NCBI GenBank assembly: GCA_902573325.1
Contig: CACGJH010000004.1
Location: 49,285-113,284, forward strand
Reading direction: 5' to 3'
DNA length: 64,000 nt
Origin: an uncultured Alphaproteobacteria bacterium
GTDB lineage: Bacteria; Pseudomonadota; Alphaproteobacteria; HIMB59; GCA-002718135
Part shown: piece by piece, positions 56,156 through 64,000 of the stretch
How the letters are laid out: the number at the start of each line of letters is the position of its first letter
How positions within the stretch are numbered: position 1 is the stretch's first letter
The notes under the pieces: generated by a model
Database searches by the model: none
The model's input: the letters and a program-made list of their open reading frames with translations, nothing else
What the model was told of the DNA's origin: nothing
Made by a program: the position numbers and the translations under genes

Positions 56156-57066
56156 TCATTATTATCTAAGCAATTATACTCAACAATTTGTTTTTTTGTT
56201 TGAGGAATTATTTTATTTTTAGGAAAATCTATAATTAATTTTTCCATAGTTTTACAAGCCTCCGTAGTTTTTTCAACTTGGTATAATGACTGTGAAAGTT
56301 TGAAAAGCATTTCTGCAGCTTTAATACTATCTGGAAATTTTTGGAAACCTTCTGCAAATATAAGTGCTGCTTCTCTATAATTTTTTTCTAGAATGTATAG
56401 TTCTCCAAGCCAATAATGTGCTGAACCTGATAGTTGATTGTCAGGATTATTTAAAATAAATTGTTCAAATGCGGTTTTGGCATCCTGCCATTTTTTATCT
56501 CTGATATTATCAAATGCTACCTGAAATTGATCTTCAGGTGATAACACCTCCTCTTTTTCATTGGAATTTACTTCTTGATTGTCAGATACAACTTCATCAT
56601 TTGTATCATTTGTATTTTTTGATATATTTAATGTTCCAAGTGTATTCTCAGTTTCAGTATCACTTAAAGTATTACTATTAACCTTAGAACTATCTTGTGA
56701 AGCTTCATCAGTATTTTCAACATTATTTAAAGGAACTGATTGTAAATTATTAATAACTAATTCTAAGTTTTCTAACTTATTTAAAATATCGTCTAATTGA
56801 AAATACAGTTCCTCTAAGTTTGAAGTTAAATTTTTTATATCGTTTTCAATATCATATATTCTCAAATCGATAGCAGAAAGATTCTTTACAAAATCATTAT
56901 TTGTTCCACTTAATTGACTTGATGAATTTGAAAATACTTCTTTAGAAAGATCAGAAACTTCTCTTTGTAATCTTTCTAATTGCTGGTTGATTGTAAGTTC
57001 ATTTTCATTAGAATAAATATGAGTTGAAAAAAAAAGAATTAAAAAAATGAGTATGTATTTAAACAT
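56152..57066 (-). CDS. cpoB: Tol-Pal system protein CpoB/YbgF (coiled coil + TPR)
   Basis: The track start at 57069 is TTG. ATG 57066 gives the signal peptide MFKYILIFLILFFSTHIYS. The protein has an N-terminal coiled coil, an acidic N/S/T/E-rich linker, and a C-terminal TPR region (..AHYWLGELYILEKNYREAA..). Confidence 0.8.
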   Translation of the reverse strand: MFKYILIFLILFFSTHIYSNENELTINQQLERLQREVSDLSKEVFSNSSSQLSGTNNDFVKNLSAIDLRIYDIENDIKNLTSNLEELYFQLDDILNKLENLELVINNLQSVPLNNVENTDEASQDSSKVNSNTLSDTETENTLGTLNISKNTNDTNDEVVSDNQEVNSNEKEEVLSPEDQFQVAFDNIRDKKWQDAKTAFEQFILNNPDNQLSGSAHYWLGELYILEKNYREAALIFAEGFQKFPDSIKAAEMLFKLSQSLYQVEKTTEACKTMEKLIIDFPKNKIIPQTKKQIVEYNCLDNNE

Positions 57067-57092
57067 CAAAAGATTTTAATTTCTAATTAAGA

Positions 57093-57124
57093 TAAAAATG
57101 TGGCGCCATATTTCTATAGCGCCA
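57093..57124 (-). terminator. Candidate intrinsic terminator/attenuator after pal
   Basis: GC-rich stem: tggcgc (57101-57106) pairs with gcgcca (57119-57124). On the minus-strand transcript it is followed by CAUUUUUAUC. It lies 23 nt after the pal stop and before cpoB. Confidence 0.5.
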
Positions 57125-57146
57125 AGTATTAAGGAAAATAAATAAA

Positions 57147-57668
57147 TTAATTAACTATTGTTACCGATCTTCTATTTTGAGCCCATGCTCCATCGTTAGA
57201 TCCAACAACGGCAGGTCTTTCTTTACCATAACTAATAGTTGAGACTCTATCAGGATTTATTCCTAATCCAATTAGATAATTTTTAACAGCTTGAGCTCTT
57301 TTTTCTCCAAGAGCTAAGTTGTACTCTCTAGTTCCCCTTTCGTCACAGTGTCCTTCAATGGTTACTGAAACATCACTATTTTGCTTAAGCCATGCAACTT
57401 GATCTTGAAGTAACTCTAAAGCGTCAGAGTCTAAATCTGAACTATCATATCCAAAAAATACTCTGTCTCCAACATTAACAATTAAATCTTCTTGTGATCC
57501 AGAAACTATTCCACTTCCAGTGGTTTCAGTAATAGTTCCTTCTGAAGAAACGTCACTTCCGGAACTACTTGATCCTGAACCTGAAGAGTCAGCTGAGTCT
57601 TTTGGTGTTGTTGCACAAGCTGCAACAAATAAAACCATAAATATAGAGATAAAAAACTTGTAAAACAT
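57147..57668 (-). CDS. pal: Peptidoglycan-associated lipoprotein Pal (OmpA-like)
   Basis: 173 aa. Lipobox LFVAAC, a Ser/Gly-rich linker, and the OmpA domain ..IEGHCDERGTREYNLALGEKRA. Confidence 0.95.
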   Translation of the reverse strand: MFYKFFISIFMVLFVAACATTPKDSADSSGSGSSSSGSDVSSEGTITETTGSGIVSGSQEDLIVNVGDRVFFGYDSSDLDSDALELLQDQVAWLKQNSDVSVTIEGHCDERGTREYNLALGEKRAQAVKNYLIGLGINPDRVSTISYGKERPAVVGSNDGAWAQNRRSVTIVN

Positions 57669-57769
57669 AAATAATTGCTCCCTTAATACTTTGAGTAGAT
57701 ATACTAAATTATTAAGAGTTCCTTAACATTTTTTTCAGAATTTCGTATATTTTTTTGTATTATATTGAA

Positions 57770-59086
57770 TTAATGCATCAAAGGAGACCAAGCAGGGTCA
57801 GACCCTCCTAATGGCGTTATTACTTTTCTTTCATTATAACCGGTTAAATCTATAGAATATAGACTGGATTCACCGCCTGATCCGTCCTCAGCAGTTCTCT
57901 CTTCTTTAAAGTACATCAAAAATCTGCCATTTGGAGCCCATGTAGGCCCCTCTACATGGAATGATTTTGCAATCATTCTTTCATTTGAGCCATTAATCTC
58001 CATAACACCTATGTAAAATTGCCCCCCTTCTTGTTTAGTGAATGCAATCATATCACCTCTTGGAGACCAAACTGGTGTGTAATAACTTCCTGCTTCCCGG
58101 CTGATTCTTTTAACATTTTTTCCATTATTATCACTTACATACAAATGTCTTCTTCCACTTCTATCTGAATTAAAAACTATTTTTTTTCCATCTGGTGAAA
58201 AACTTGCTGAAACATCAATTGAAGAATTATTAGTAACTCTTTTTGAAATTCTTGTTTTTAAATCAAGAATATAAATTTCAGAATTACCAATTTCTGGATC
58301 AGTGTAAGACATGATGATTTGATTTCCGTCAGGTGAAAAACGAGGAGCAAATGTCATTCCTGGAAATTCCCCTACAATTTCTTGTTTCCCAGTTTCAATA
58401 TCAAAAATGTAAACTCTTGGATTATTTCTATTTACATAAGACATGTATGTTATTTTTTGTGAATTAGGAGAAAACCTTGGAGTTAATACTAAGTATGATC
58501 CATCTGTTAAAAAACGATGATTTGATTGATCTTGGTCCATTATTGCTAATCTTTTTTGTTTATTTTCTTTTGGGCCTGTCTCAGCAACGTAAACTATTCT
58601 TGTATCAAAGTATCCACCTTCACCAGTGATATTTTTAAAAATAGAATCAGATATAATATGAGCAACCCTTCTCCAATTTTTTTCATTAGTCTCATATTTT
58701 TTTCCTATTATCTGCTTTTGTTGAAAGACATCAAATAGTCTGAATTCTACAGATATTTTACCATTGTTTGTTGAAATTTTTCCTGAAACTAAATGCTGAG
58801 CCTTTATTAATTTCCAATCTTCAAATCTTGGTTTGTTTGCCAATGATTCATTGTCTTGAATAAATGATCTTTTATCTATTGGTAAAAAAAGCCCAGACCT
58901 TTCTAAATTATCTGAAATAACAGTTGAAATATTTTTACCTACTTTAGTTAATTGTGAATTTTTTGAATATAGCTCTGTTACAGCTATTGGAGTTGGCTTC
59001 ACACTACCTTGTGTTAGAGTCACTTCTAATGAATGGACTTTTAAACTCGAAAATAAAAAAAAGGTTATTAAGAAAACTTTTTTCAT
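57770..59086 (-). CDS. tolB: Tol-Pal system beta-propeller protein TolB
   Basis: The track start at 59089 is TTG. ATG 59086 gives MKKVFLITFFLFSSLKVHS. Repeated ..P.FSPDG..I.. propeller blades. Confidence 0.95.
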   Translation of the reverse strand: MKKVFLITFFLFSSLKVHSLEVTLTQGSVKPTPIAVTELYSKNSQLTKVGKNISTVISDNLERSGLFLPIDKRSFIQDNESLANKPRFEDWKLIKAQHLVSGKISTNNGKISVEFRLFDVFQQKQIIGKKYETNEKNWRRVAHIISDSIFKNITGEGGYFDTRIVYVAETGPKENKQKRLAIMDQDQSNHRFLTDGSYLVLTPRFSPNSQKITYMSYVNRNNPRVYIFDIETGKQEIVGEFPGMTFAPRFSPDGNQIIMSYTDPEIGNSEIYILDLKTRISKRVTNNSSIDVSASFSPDGKKIVFNSDRSGRRHLYVSDNNGKNVKRISREAGSYYTPVWSPRGDMIAFTKQEGGQFYIGVMEINGSNERMIAKSFHVEGPTWAPNGRFLMYFKEERTAEDGSGGESSLYSIDLTGYNERKVITPLGGSDPAWSPLMH

Positions 59087-60156
59087 CAATATCCTTTCAT
59101 AATACTATAATCAAAAGTAATTGTAAGATTTTTCCATAGATTATATTTATCTTTTGGAAGTTTTAACGGTGTACATTCTGGGTTTAAAAGAGTTCTCATT
59201 GCGCTATCTGTGATTGGTCCATAAAATGGATTAGTTTTAGCTATATTTGTGTCAACAATGCGGATGCTACTTGGTGAAACCTTCATATTTTGTAATATTT
59301 TTGCTGAAATTGTTACTTTGTCTCCTCTTTCTATAACTGCACCTGCTGGAGCATTCCAACAAGAAGATAATTGCTGCCTCAACATGTCTATTTCAGATAT
59401 TGATAGCATAATATTGTCATCAGTATCATCTGTACTTTTATTATCAACCTCTTCAACCTCTTCCTTAACTTCATTTTGAACCATATTTGTTTTTTCATTT
59501 CTTAAATCTTTAAGCATTGATGCTATGCTAAAATCTTTCTCAGGTTTCGGCTTTGGTTTAGATACGGTTTTATCATTTTCCAACTTTGGTTTATCCTTAA
59601 TGTTTGTTTCAACATCTAAATCTGATTTAACATTTTCATTATTTATAATTTTTGGCTTTGGCTTGAGTTTTGGTTTAATTATATCAGTTTTAATTGTTTC
59701 TACTTTTTTCTTAACCTCTAAAATTTCCTTTTCTTTGATAACTACTTTTTTTGTTTCCTTAACTTCTAAATTTGGAGTTTGTTTCATTTCCAAAACTGGT
59801 TGATTTGGATTAGTTTTTTCTTCAATTTCAATTTTATTTATTTCAACATTTTTTTTTACTTCTAATTGATCTGATGAATTAAATTTTTTTTGCTTAGTAA
59901 TTGTTTCCTTATTTTTATTTTCTGGTTTTTCAGTATCAGATTTTTTTAAATTTGTATTTTCATCAACATTAAGTATTTCAATAGGTATTACGTTTGGAAC
60001 ATAGATTTCTTTTGTAGAAAAAAAATTTGGTAAGCCGACCATAAACAAAAGGATAATTAAATGTATTAATGTTGAAAAAATAACTCCTGATGTTTTAGGA
60101 TTTAAATTTTCAAAAAAGTTTATAATTTTTAAACTATTATAGCTTATACGATCCAT
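59086..60156 (-). CDS. tolA: TolA-like protein (N-terminal TM, Lys/Glu/Pro-rich spacer, C-terminal TolA/TonB-like domain)
   Basis: 356 aa in the position between tolR and tolB. It has a TM helix GVIFSTLIHLIILLFMVGL and low-complexity KPKLKPKPK/E-K stretches. Confidence 0.75.
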   Translation of the reverse strand: MDRISYNSLKIINFFENLNPKTSGVIFSTLIHLIILLFMVGLPNFFSTKEIYVPNVIPIEILNVDENTNLKKSDTEKPENKNKETITKQKKFNSSDQLEVKKNVEINKIEIEEKTNPNQPVLEMKQTPNLEVKETKKVVIKEKEILEVKKKVETIKTDIIKPKLKPKPKIINNENVKSDLDVETNIKDKPKLENDKTVSKPKPKPEKDFSIASMLKDLRNEKTNMVQNEVKEEVEEVDNKSTDDTDDNIMLSISEIDMLRQQLSSCWNAPAGAVIERGDKVTISAKILQNMKVSPSSIRIVDTNIAKTNPFYGPITDSAMRTLLNPECTPLKLPKDKYNLWKNLTITFDYSIMKGY

Positions 60157-60585
60157 CTATTGCTCAAGATTTTGAGTAATTAATGCAACTTTAATATATC
60201 CTGCTGAATTTATTATGGACATAATTTCCATAATCCTTCCATAAGCTACTACTCTATCACCTCGTATATAAATTCTTGCTTCTGTGTTTTGTTCAGTTAT
60301 TGCGTTTAGTCGAGGAATTAAATTTTCTACTTCAACCTTTGATTCTCCAATGTAGACTTGTCCGTCTAACTTAACGGTTATCTCGATTGGATCTTTAATA
60401 TCAGTTAATGCAGTGGCTTTAACCTTTGGTAAATCAACTTTTATTCCAACAGTCAGAAGAGGAGCGGTAACCATAAAAACAATTAGTAAAACAAGCATAA
60501 CATCTACAAAAGGTGTAACGTTAATTTCACTCATTTGAGTGTATCTTTGTTTCTTACGTTTGTTTAAATTATTTGAGGTAATCAA
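60157..60585 (-). CDS. tolR: Tol-Pal system protein TolR (ExbD family)
   Basis: 142 aa with MSEINVTPFVDVMLVLLIVFMV. The track start at 60585 is TTG. The basic N-terminal tail resembles other TolR proteins, and ATG 60534 is an alternative start. Confidence 0.9.
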   Translation of the reverse strand: MITSNNLNKRKKQRYTQMSEINVTPFVDVMLVLLIVFMVTAPLLTVGIKVDLPKVKATALTDIKDPIEITVKLDGQVYIGESKVEVENLIPRLNAITEQNTEARIYIRGDRVVAYGRIMEIMSIINSAGYIKVALITQNLEQ

Positions 60586-60586
60586 T

Positions 60587-61300
60587 TTATTTTTTCTCTA
60601 ATTGTCTAAAAAAAATTGTTGAGAATTCATCCATAAATGTTTCCAATGATATGAAGTATTTTGATAAATCGTTTGAAATTTTATTGTACGCAACTACAGC
60701 AGGTATAGCTACAAAAAGGCCTAATGCTGTTGCAAATAGCGCCTCTGCAATTCCTGGAGCAACTACTGCTAAATTAGTATTTTGTGCAATTGCGATAGAT
60801 TTAAAACTATTCATTATGCCCCAAACTGTTCCAAATAATCCTATAAACGGGGCAGTTGATCCAGCAGTTGCGAGGAATGTTAAATTTCTTTCAACATTTT
60901 CACTTTCTTTATTAAAAACAACTGTCATTGATCTCATCATTCTATCTTTTAAAGAATTAATATCAGATGTGTCATTTTCAAACTGAGTTTTACTTTTTTT
61001 CCACTCTAAAATTGCAGCACAAAACAATTTTGATTTTGGATCTGTCTGATTAAAGTTTAAAGTTTCATATAAATCTTCAAATGAATTTCCAGACCAAAAA
61101 AGATCTTCAAATTCTTTTTCAAGTTTTTTTAATTGTCTAATTCTTAAAATTTTTGAAATTATTACATTCCAAGAATAAAGAGAGGCTAAGATTAATATTA
61201 TAATTACAGATTTGACAACAATGTCAGCTTGCATGAATAATGCAAGCATTGAAAAATCTGGTGCTTCTGTCGATAAATTTGTACTATTAATATCTGCCAT
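60587..61300 (-). CDS. tolQ: Tol-Pal system protein TolQ (MotA/ExbB family)
   Basis: 237 aa, 3 TM segments, with ..LATAGSTAPFIGLFGTVWGIMNSF..VAPGIAEALFATALGL. Confidence 0.95.
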   Translation of the reverse strand: MADINSTNLSTEAPDFSMLALFMQADIVVKSVIIILILASLYSWNVIISKILRIRQLKKLEKEFEDLFWSGNSFEDLYETLNFNQTDPKSKLFCAAILEWKKSKTQFENDTSDINSLKDRMMRSMTVVFNKESENVERNLTFLATAGSTAPFIGLFGTVWGIMNSFKSIAIAQNTNLAVVAPGIAEALFATALGLFVAIPAVVAYNKISNDLSKYFISLETFMDEFSTIFFRQLEKK

Positions 61301-61305
61301 AATTA

Positions 61306-61599
61306 TTATTTTTTAATTTTTTCAAGATCGCTACTATGAACCATAACCCAAAACCCTGGTCTATTTTTTTCACATAATGCTATTACTGGTGTCTTACCCT
61401 CCTCTTTCGCAAGTTTTGCAGTATCATCCCATAAACTAATTGCTGTATGTTTTGCTCTTAGTTTACATTCTATAAATAATTCTTCATGGATTACATCAGC
61501 TCTTGTCACTTTACCATTACCGCCACTCAAAGGTGTCCTTTTCCCATTGAAATAGTTTGCAACGTCTCTTTCTCTTTTTTTCCAGGCTTTATCAGGCAT
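61306..61599 (-). CDS. Small PD-(D/E)XK-type nuclease-like protein with Hjc-like (archaeal Holliday-junction-resolvase-like) motif order
   Basis: 97 aa with ATG at 61599 and AAGGA 7 nt upstream. Motifs occur in the order E10 (KKRERD), S25-G-G, D35 (RADVI) and E44-x-K46 (FIECK), followed by hydrophobic strands TPVIAL and GFWVMV. Lies 14 nt after yebC and 5 nt before tolQ. Confidence 0.55.
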   Translation of the reverse strand: MPDKAWKKRERDVANYFNGKRTPLSGGNGKVTRADVIHEELFIECKLRAKHTAISLWDDTAKLAKEEGKTPVIALCEKNRPGFWVMVHSSDLEKIKK

Positions 61600-61613
61600 C
61601 TATATTCCTTTCA

Positions 61614-62363
61614 TTAGGCTGTGAGTGAAGATAGAACATTATCATCAACTTCAAAATTTGATGATACAACTTGAACGTCGTCATTGTCTTCTAAAACTTC
61701 AAGTAATTTAAATAGTTTGTCCGCTGTTTCTTTTCCAATATTTATATTATTTTTACTTTTCCAAATTAAATTTGCAGAGTTAGTCTGCCCATACTGTTTA
61801 ATTAATTTATCATTAAGTTCATGCAAATGGTTTTGATCACAGTATATTGAATATTCTGTTTCATTAATTTCATAATCTTCACTATTATTTTCAATGAGAA
61901 ATTCTAAGAGTTGATCTTCTTTTACTAAGTTTTTATCGAGAGTGATATTTCCAAATCTGTCAAAACCAAAACTAACACTTCCTGTTTCACCCAAATTGCC
62001 TCCATATTTACTAAAAGAAGACCTAATCTCAGCAGCTGTTCTATTTTTATTATTTGTAAGTGCCTCAACTATTATTGCAATACCTTCAGGGCCATATCCT
62101 TCATATCTTACTTCTTCATAATTGCTATCAGGATCATTTCCTTGACCTTTTTTTATTGCTCTCTCAATATTATCTTTTGGCATATTGAGTGACTTGGCCG
62201 ACGAAATTGCAGATCTTAATCTAATATTACTCTCAATATCTTCACCTCCTACTTTAACAGCAACAGAAATTTCTCTTCCAAGTCTTGAGAAAACTTTTGC
62301 TCTTTTTTTATCTTGAGCACCTTTACGATGCATAATATTTTTAAATTTCGAGTGCCCTGCCAT
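61614..62363 (-). CDS. yebC: YebC/PmpR-family DNA-binding regulator
   Basis: 249 aa with MAGHSKFKNIMHRKGAQDKKRAK.F.RL.REI. Confidence 0.93.
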   Translation of the reverse strand: MAGHSKFKNIMHRKGAQDKKRAKVFSRLGREISVAVKVGGEDIESNIRLRSAISSAKSLNMPKDNIERAIKKGQGNDPDSNYEEVRYEGYGPEGIAIIVEALTNNKNRTAAEIRSSFSKYGGNLGETGSVSFGFDRFGNITLDKNLVKEDQLLEFLIENNSEDYEINETEYSIYCDQNHLHELNDKLIKQYGQTNSANLIWKSKNNINIGKETADKLFKLLEVLEDNDDVQVVSSNFEVDDNVLSSLTA

Positions 62364-62442
62364 TACGAGTAGATTTATAAATATTTAATCCGATGTTAGT
62401 AAAGATATAAAATATTAGATAAATGTGTCTAATATATGTAAA

Positions 62443-63234
62443 TTATGTCTCTTGAATTGGGGTGATATTTTTAGCTAAACCAGTATTAGTATCAATCTCT
62501 ATTAAAGCCCCGCATACTGTTATGTTTTCAGTAGCAGGTGTAAATCTACCTTCTGCCCTGTACCCCTTAACAAATCCATGTATTGGATTATTTATATCAA
62601 AACCAATTATTGAATTATAATCACCTGACATCCCCACGTCTGTTTGATAGGCTGTACCCTTAGGTAAAATAACACTGTCTGCCGTTGGCACATGAGTATG
62701 TGTGCCTAAAACTGCCGTAACTTGTCCATCAACATAATATCCAAATGCCTTTTTTTCAGAAGTTGCTTCACCATGCATATCAATAATTATCGCATCACAT
62801 GTACTGCCTAACTTCTCTTTTTGAAGAAATTCAATTATGCCTTTAAAGGGATCATCTAATGATAAATTCATAAATAATCTGAGCATTACTTGTACTACTA
62901 TAATTTTTTTTCCATTTAAAAGTTCAAGCATATAATATCCTTTTCCAGGAACCCCATCAGGATAATTCAAAGCTCTGATTATTTTTGGATTTTCTTCAAT
63001 ATAAGAAAGCATGTCTCTTTGATCCCATGCATGATTCCCAAGTGTAAGTAGATCAATTCCGCTAGAAAATAATTCTTCTGCGTCCTTTTTTGAAAGTCCA
63101 TAACCAGAAGTAGCATTCTCACCATTAGCAATAATCATGTCTGTATTATATTTAGATTTGAGTGTTGGGATAATTTCTTTAATTTTTTTTCGTGACGCCT
63201 TACCGACAATATCACCTATAAAAAGAATTTTCAT
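62443..63234 (-). CDS. YmdB-like metallophosphoesterase (TIGR00282 family)
   Basis: 263 aa with MKILFIGDIVGK..ANGENATSGYG..LGNHAWD..DMHGEATSEK..GTHTHVPT. Confidence 0.85.
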   Translation of the reverse strand: MKILFIGDIVGKASRKKIKEIIPTLKSKYNTDMIIANGENATSGYGLSKKDAEELFSSGIDLLTLGNHAWDQRDMLSYIEENPKIIRALNYPDGVPGKGYYMLELLNGKKIIVVQVMLRLFMNLSLDDPFKGIIEFLQKEKLGSTCDAIIIDMHGEATSEKKAFGYYVDGQVTAVLGTHTHVPTADSVILPKGTAYQTDVGMSGDYNSIIGFDINNPIHGFVKGYRAEGRFTPATENITVCGALIEIDTNTGLAKNITPIQET

Positions 63235-63812
63235 TGAAAACTATATAAATTTTTTTCAGTAATAACATAATCCACTTTAAAATCAAATTTGTCTGTGGGT
63301 ATGTAATCTAACTTTTGTTCTTCATATGCATAGGCTACAGAGATGAATCTGTGATTAATTTTATTTAAATAAGCAAATGTCCTATCATAATAACCTCCAC
63401 CATAACCTAATCTATTTCCCTTCTTATCAAAAGCTAAACAAGGTACAAAAATTAATTCTGGATTTAAAATTTTATTTTTATTTTGAGGCTCTGATATATT
63501 CATATGTCCTTTTACAAAATTCTCTTCAATCTTAAATTGCTTAAAGATTAAATGACTATTTTTTTTTTCAATTACAGGGAGACATAAAATTTTATTTTTA
63601 ATAAAGATAAGATTGTTAAGCTCTCTTGTATTTATCTCAGAATTTATAGAAATAAAACTAGAAACTATATTAATTTCTTGAAAATTAATTTTTTCAAAAA
63701 ACTCATTAAACAAAGTTAAAGCAAAATGAGATGGTTTATTATTAAAAATCTTATCTCTTATAATTTTTTGTTTTTTTCTGATAATTGATTTTTCATCTTT
63801 AATATTATTCAT
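63231..63812 (-). CDS. 5-formyltetrahydrofolate cyclo-ligase
   Basis: 193 aa with ..IRKKQKIIRD.. at the N-terminus and ..VPCLAFDKKGNRLGYGGGYYDR. Confidence 0.85.
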   Translation of the reverse strand: MNNIKDEKSIIRKKQKIIRDKIFNNKPSHFALTLFNEFFEKINFQEINIVSSFISINSEINTRELNNLIFIKNKILCLPVIEKKNSHLIFKQFKIEENFVKGHMNISEPQNKNKILNPELIFVPCLAFDKKGNRLGYGGGYYDRTFAYLNKINHRFISVAYAYEEQKLDYIPTDKFDFKVDYVITEKNLYSFQ

Positions 63813-64000
63813 AATAAGAATTCTTAATTATATTAATTAAACCTTCTACCTTTTTATTTATTTCATCAAATTCTTGATCTAATTTCATTTTTTCATCTTC
63901 TAAAATTTTTTTTTCATTTTGTAGTTTTAGTATTTTGTCTTTAAGTTCTAAATTGTTCTTTAGATATTCTTGTTTGTTGGTATCATTTACTTCTGAACTT
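63805..64000 (-). CDS. C-terminal part of a coiled-coil protein (possibly ZapA/ZapB-like); the N-terminus is outside the window
   Basis: Not in the ORF track. My minus-strand translation is ..SSEVNDTNKQEYLKNNLELKDKILKLQNEKKILEDEKMKLDQEFDEINKKVEGLINIIKNSYYE*. The stop overlaps the next start (ATGAATAA). The function is guessed only from coiled-coil character and from the zapA-ygfA synteny of other proteobacteria. Confidence 0.4.
   Translation of the reverse strand, partial: SSEVNDTNKQEYLKNNLELKDKILKLQNEKKILEDEKMKLDQEFDEINKKVEGLINIIKNSYYE

Noticed and set aside
59470-59900. Repetitive-looking DNA in tolA (KPK/KE repeats), considered as a tandem repeat or CRISPR-like array.
   Set aside because: It is a low-complexity Lys/Glu/Pro coding region typical of the TolA domain II spacer. 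There are no regularly spaced identical repeats.
62414-62433. Hairpin attaga-N8-tctaat in the ymdB-yebC spacer.
   Set aside because: The 6-bp stem is AT-rich and weak, with no U-tract. It does not stand out from the background.

Overview
This is a strongly AT-rich (by eye, not computed), very gene-dense bacterial chromosome segment. Gene content and order are alphaproteobacterial. Most neighbouring genes abut or overlap by 1, 4 or 8 nt, which suggests a streamlined marine lineage such as Pelagibacterales/SAR11 (taxon is inference).

Layout:
- 1-29.2 kb, minus strand: tRNA-Tyr, tRNA-Gly, tuf, tRNA-Trp, secE-nusG-rplKAJL-rpoBC, then rpsL-rpsG-fusA joined without gaps to the S10, spc and alpha ribosomal clusters, ending in rplQ and a partial crcB.
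- 29.3-39 kb: rlmB, tRNA-Thr, and an NAD-dependent formate dehydrogenase island. It holds a fused fdsG/B gene and fdsA (interrupted by a 1-nt frameshift in an A6 run), plus a TusA-like gene, moeA, mobB, an orphan TupB-like permease, fdhD and mobA.
- 39-53 kb: YeiH-like and TSUP/TauE-like membrane proteins, a small 4-TM ORF, an Alph_Pro_TM-like protein and a Usp, then housekeeping genes (pyrE, pdxH, fabI, aroC, tlyA, xseB, rluD, rpoH, purA, hisZ, glmM).
- 53-64 kb, minus strand: ftsH-tilS-cpoB-pal-tolB-tolA-tolR-tolQ, a 97-aa nuclease-like ORF, yebC, ymdB-like, 5-formyl-THF cyclo-ligase and a partial coiled-coil ORF.

I saw no rRNA, CRISPR array, transposase, integrase or prophage signal.

Leads worth a second look:
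1. The 97-aa Hjc-like PD-(D/E)XK ORF sits exactly where ruvC-ruvA-ruvB-ybgC normally lie between yebC and tolQ.
2. fdsA is frameshifted, yet a conserved motif is preserved in the -1 frame.
3. The Mo/W-cofactor cluster carries an orphan TupB-like permease and a TusA-like gene.
4. TSUP, a 4-TM ORF, an Alph_Pro_TM-like protein and a Usp form a translationally coupled module of unknown function.
5. Several architectural oddities follow from extreme compaction: divergent genes with overlapping start codons, convergent genes with overlapping ends, and recurrent ATGNNTAA junctions.
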